Assembly (NCBI GenBank): GCA_043816965.1
Contig: JBDRHK010000076.1
Span: forward strand, 1 to 28,915
Source: Candidatus Iainarchaeum sp.
Lineage (GTDB): Archaea > Iainarchaeota > Iainarchaeia > Iainarchaeales > JAFCCJ01
DNA: 28,915 bases
Direction of reading: 5' to 3'
Positions 26,820 through 28,915 of the stretch are shown here, piece after piece. The notes under the pieces were generated by a model. The model was not told the origin of the DNA and searched no databases. It saw only the letters and a program-made list of their open reading frames with translations. The first letter of the stretch is position 1. Each line of letters begins with the position of its first letter. Made by a program: the position numbers and the translations under genes.

Positions 26820-27779
26820 TCAAACCAACAGCAGTTCCAGAACATTGAACAGATATCCAATTGCAATTATGGAAAGTGTGACAACCCCAAAAAAGATTGC
26901 AATTAGTTTCAGGTTCATCGCCCTTTTCAGGATTATTGCTTCAGGCAGGCTCAGAGCAGAAACCGCCATCATAAAAGCCAAAACGGTTCCCAAGGGCAGC
27001 CCTTTCTGGAAAAGCACGACAGCTATTGGGACAATGGCCGCACAGCTCCCGTAAATCGGCACACCTAAAATAACCGCCAAAGGAACTGAAAATATTCCTC
27101 CCTGGTTAACCAACCCCTGAATCACCTCAGCAGGGATGTAGTTATGTATTACTGCGCCAATTCCAACACCAACAAGAATCCAAAGCCATATTTTTTTTGT
27201 TATGGAAATTGCCTCATTTGCCCCAAATAAAATCCTTTCCTTAATGCCATTGTAACTGGCTTCCTCTTTAGGTTTGCAGTTGCAGGAGATTAAATCCCTG
27301 ACAAGGTGCTTATCAAGGTTCATTTTTCCAAGGATTGCGCCGGCGACAGTTCCGATTAATATCCCGCTTATCACATAGGCAACAGTAATTTCCCAGCCAA
27401 AAAAGCCGAGCATAAGTATCACAAGGTATTCATTCACAAGGGGGGAGGTTATGAGGAAGGAGAACGCGGCACCTAAAGGAACCCCTGCCTCCATAAAGCC
27501 CAGGAAGATAGGGATTGAGGAACAGGAACAGAAGGGGGTTACTGCACCAAAAAGGGATGCGAAAACATTTCCCGCCCCCTTTCTCCTGGAAAGGAATTCC
27601 TTCACCTTGCTTTGCGGAATATAAGTCCGGAAAAAACCAATAACGGAAATCATGACCAGCAGGAGAAGCATTATCTTTACCGAGTCATAAATAAAGAAAT
27701 TCAGGGTTTTCCCAAGGGCTGATTCGGCACTCAGGCCAATTACGCCATAAACCAGCCAGTCCACAATTTCAGTCAGCAT
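26820..27779 (-). CDS. ArsP/DUF318 family permease
   Basis: [20 protein letters not shown] and [10 protein letters not shown] motifs; about 8 TM helices. Confidence 0.92.
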   Translation of the reverse strand: MLTEIVDWLVYGVIGLSAESALGKTLNFFIYDSVKIMLLLLVMISVIGFFRTYIPQSKVKEFLSRRKGAGNVFASLFGAVTPFCSCSSIPIFLGFMEAGVPLGAAFSFLITSPLVNEYLVILMLGFFGWEITVAYVISGILIGTVAGAILGKMNLDKHLVRDLISCNCKPKEEASYNGIKERILFGANEAISITKKIWLWILVGVGIGAVIHNYIPAEVIQGLVNQGGIFSVPLAVILGVPIYGSCAAIVPIAVVLFQKGLPLGTVLAFMMAVSALSLPEAIILKRAMNLKLIAIFFGVVTLSIIAIGYLFNVLELLLV

Positions 27780-27849
27780 TTTTAATTCCTTAACCAAATA
27801 AAGCGGTTTGCTGTTTAAATAATTATCCGATTCCCACTAACTAATCGAA

Positions 27850-27871
27850 TATATTTATTGGAATGCTTAAT
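27850..27871 (+). repeat. Direct repeat copy 1 (TATATTTATTGGAATGCTTAAT)
   Basis: 22-nt exact match to 28745..28766; both copies are preceded by CTAACTAA (27837-27844 and 28729-28736). Confidence 0.9.
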
Positions 27872-27992
27872 TCGGGAATGGTCCGCGGCAGTTCAAAATA
27901 TTTGTATGGGGCAATTGGTTAAGGGGAATAGGAAATTTGAATTGGAAAGGATTAAATAAGTCTTCAGTCGTCTCTTTATTTGGTGGTTAGGT

Positions 27993-28664
27993 TTGGCCCG
28001 CAAGAAAAAAGTGCCGGAAATAGACAAAATCGAAGTTATTACCCATGCTACTTTTGGACTGCTTGTTAATCCAAAAGACAAAAAAGGCAGAACATACTAT
28101 GAATCGAGTGATGATCCCTATGGCAAAGGCTTTGAGGCGGATCCCAAACGGTATGCAAAAAGGATTAAGGGCGCGATTGGTAAGGAGCTTATTCCGAGAT
28201 TTGGAAATGAAAAAACCTTGTTTGTATATGCCCTCATAAAGCTCGATGATAAGGAGAAGTCTCCCAGAAGCGAAGAGTCCAAAGAGCATGAACGAAGAAT
28301 ATTCAAATTCATCAATAAAAATGTGCCGCCAGAGAGATTTCTTGTGTTTCGGGGGCTTCCCACAAAGGAACGGATTAAGAGAGTGTTTTCAGAGAGAAAA
28401 TTCAGGTTTGACAAGGATAATTTAAAACTGGAGTTTCATGGCGAAACGGTTGCCGGTTGCATTCCCTTAATTAGGTGTCGGATGATAGAGGCGCTCAATA
28501 TTCCTGACCTGCTGCGTGATTTTGACCTCTCGGGCGTTAGAAGCAAAATTAATCCTAGAACCTCTGAAAAATTAGAAGGGATTGAAGGATACGTTAGAAA
28601 AAGAACGGGAAAACACCCGAGAACTCCATACAAGAGAAGATATCAAAGGCCATACAGAGCATGA
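27993..28664 (+). CDS. Hypothetical basic protein (223 aa)
   Basis: TTG-start ORF MARKKKVPE..., Arg-rich C-terminus, internal FHGETVAGCI; lies between the two direct repeats. Confidence 0.75.
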   Translation: MARKKKVPEIDKIEVITHATFGLLVNPKDKKGRTYYESSDDPYGKGFEADPKRYAKRIKGAIGKELIPRFGNEKTLFVYALIKLDDKEKSPRSEESKEHERRIFKFINKNVPPERFLVFRGLPTKERIKRVFSERKFRFDKDNLKLEFHGETVAGCIPLIRCRMIEALNIPDLLRDFDLSGVRSKINPRTSEKLEGIEGYVRKRTGKHPRTPYKRRYQRPYRA

Positions 28665-28744
28665 TGTCAGTTTTAATTCTTGGAAATCTTTAGGCAAAAC
28701 CCAGCATATATAACGCTTTTAGGAAAACCTAACTAAATCATACT

Positions 28745-28766
28745 TATATTTATTGGAATGCTTAAT
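28745..28766 (+). repeat. Direct repeat copy 2 (TATATTTATTGGAATGCTTAAT)
   Basis: Exact match to 27850..27871. Confidence 0.9.
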
Positions 28767-28777
28767 GCTGGAAAAAC

Positions 28778-28915
28778 GTATCTGCTAACAACTTATGGCT
28801 GTTTTGAGGGTCTGGAATAGGGGTTTTTCTTGTTGTTTCCAGGTGGCAAGCATCGTGTTCACGATGCCCATTGTGTCCGCCCCATGCTCCGCCCGCAGCC
28901 CGCCTATTATTTTGC
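28778..28915 (-). mobile_element. Right end of an IS66-family insertion sequence (partial)
   Basis: A transposase C-terminus stops 7 nt before a putative terminal IR reading GTATCTGCTAAC... on the + strand. IS66 ends typically begin with GTA. Confidence 0.7.
28785..28915 (-). CDS. IS66-family transposase, C-terminal 42 aa (5' part outside window)
   Basis: Manual translation KIIGGLRAEHGADTMGIVNTMLATWKQQEKPLFQTLKTAISC* matches the IS66 pattern RKxxGGxRSxxGA...S/T...T.K.Q. Confidence 0.78.
   Translation of the reverse strand, partial: KIIGGLRAEHGADTMGIVNTMLATWKQQEKPLFQTLKTAISC

Noticed and set aside
27872..27905. GGCAGTTCAAA resembling a tRNA T-loop
   Set aside because: No T-stem, acceptor stem or cloverleaf can be formed.
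27850..28766. CRISPR interpretation of the 22-bp repeat
   Set aside because: Only two copies 895 nt apart, no spacer periodicity, and no cas genes in the window.

Overview
Archaeal chromosomal window with a moderate GC content. The gene set and the stand-alone 5S rRNA suggest a DPANN lineage, possibly Iainarchaeota/Diapherotrites (inference only). Conserved blocks are: ftsZ / secE-spt5-rpl11 / rpl1-rpl10-rpl12; a reverse rubrerythrin + desulfoferrodoxin pair; a translationally coupled pyrB-pyrI-pyrD-pyrK-pyrC-pyrE-pyrF-HAD-LOG operon followed by AMP phosphorylase; rpl21e-rpo4-DUF655-rsmA; tbp; and 5S rRNA. Also present are a membrane-anchored S16 protease, a partial MgtC/SapB gene, a likely toxin-antitoxin pair, an ArsP-type permease and the 3' end of an IS66-like element at the right edge. 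The most striking unexplained pattern is a set of orphan genes with very basic N-termini. They are wedged into otherwise conserved gene neighbourhoods and include a tandem paralog pair with a 99-nt internal duplication and one gene bracketed by a 22-bp perfect direct repeat. Several starts in the ORF track were corrected. SecE, MgtC, the 5S rRNA and the IS66 end were absent from that track.
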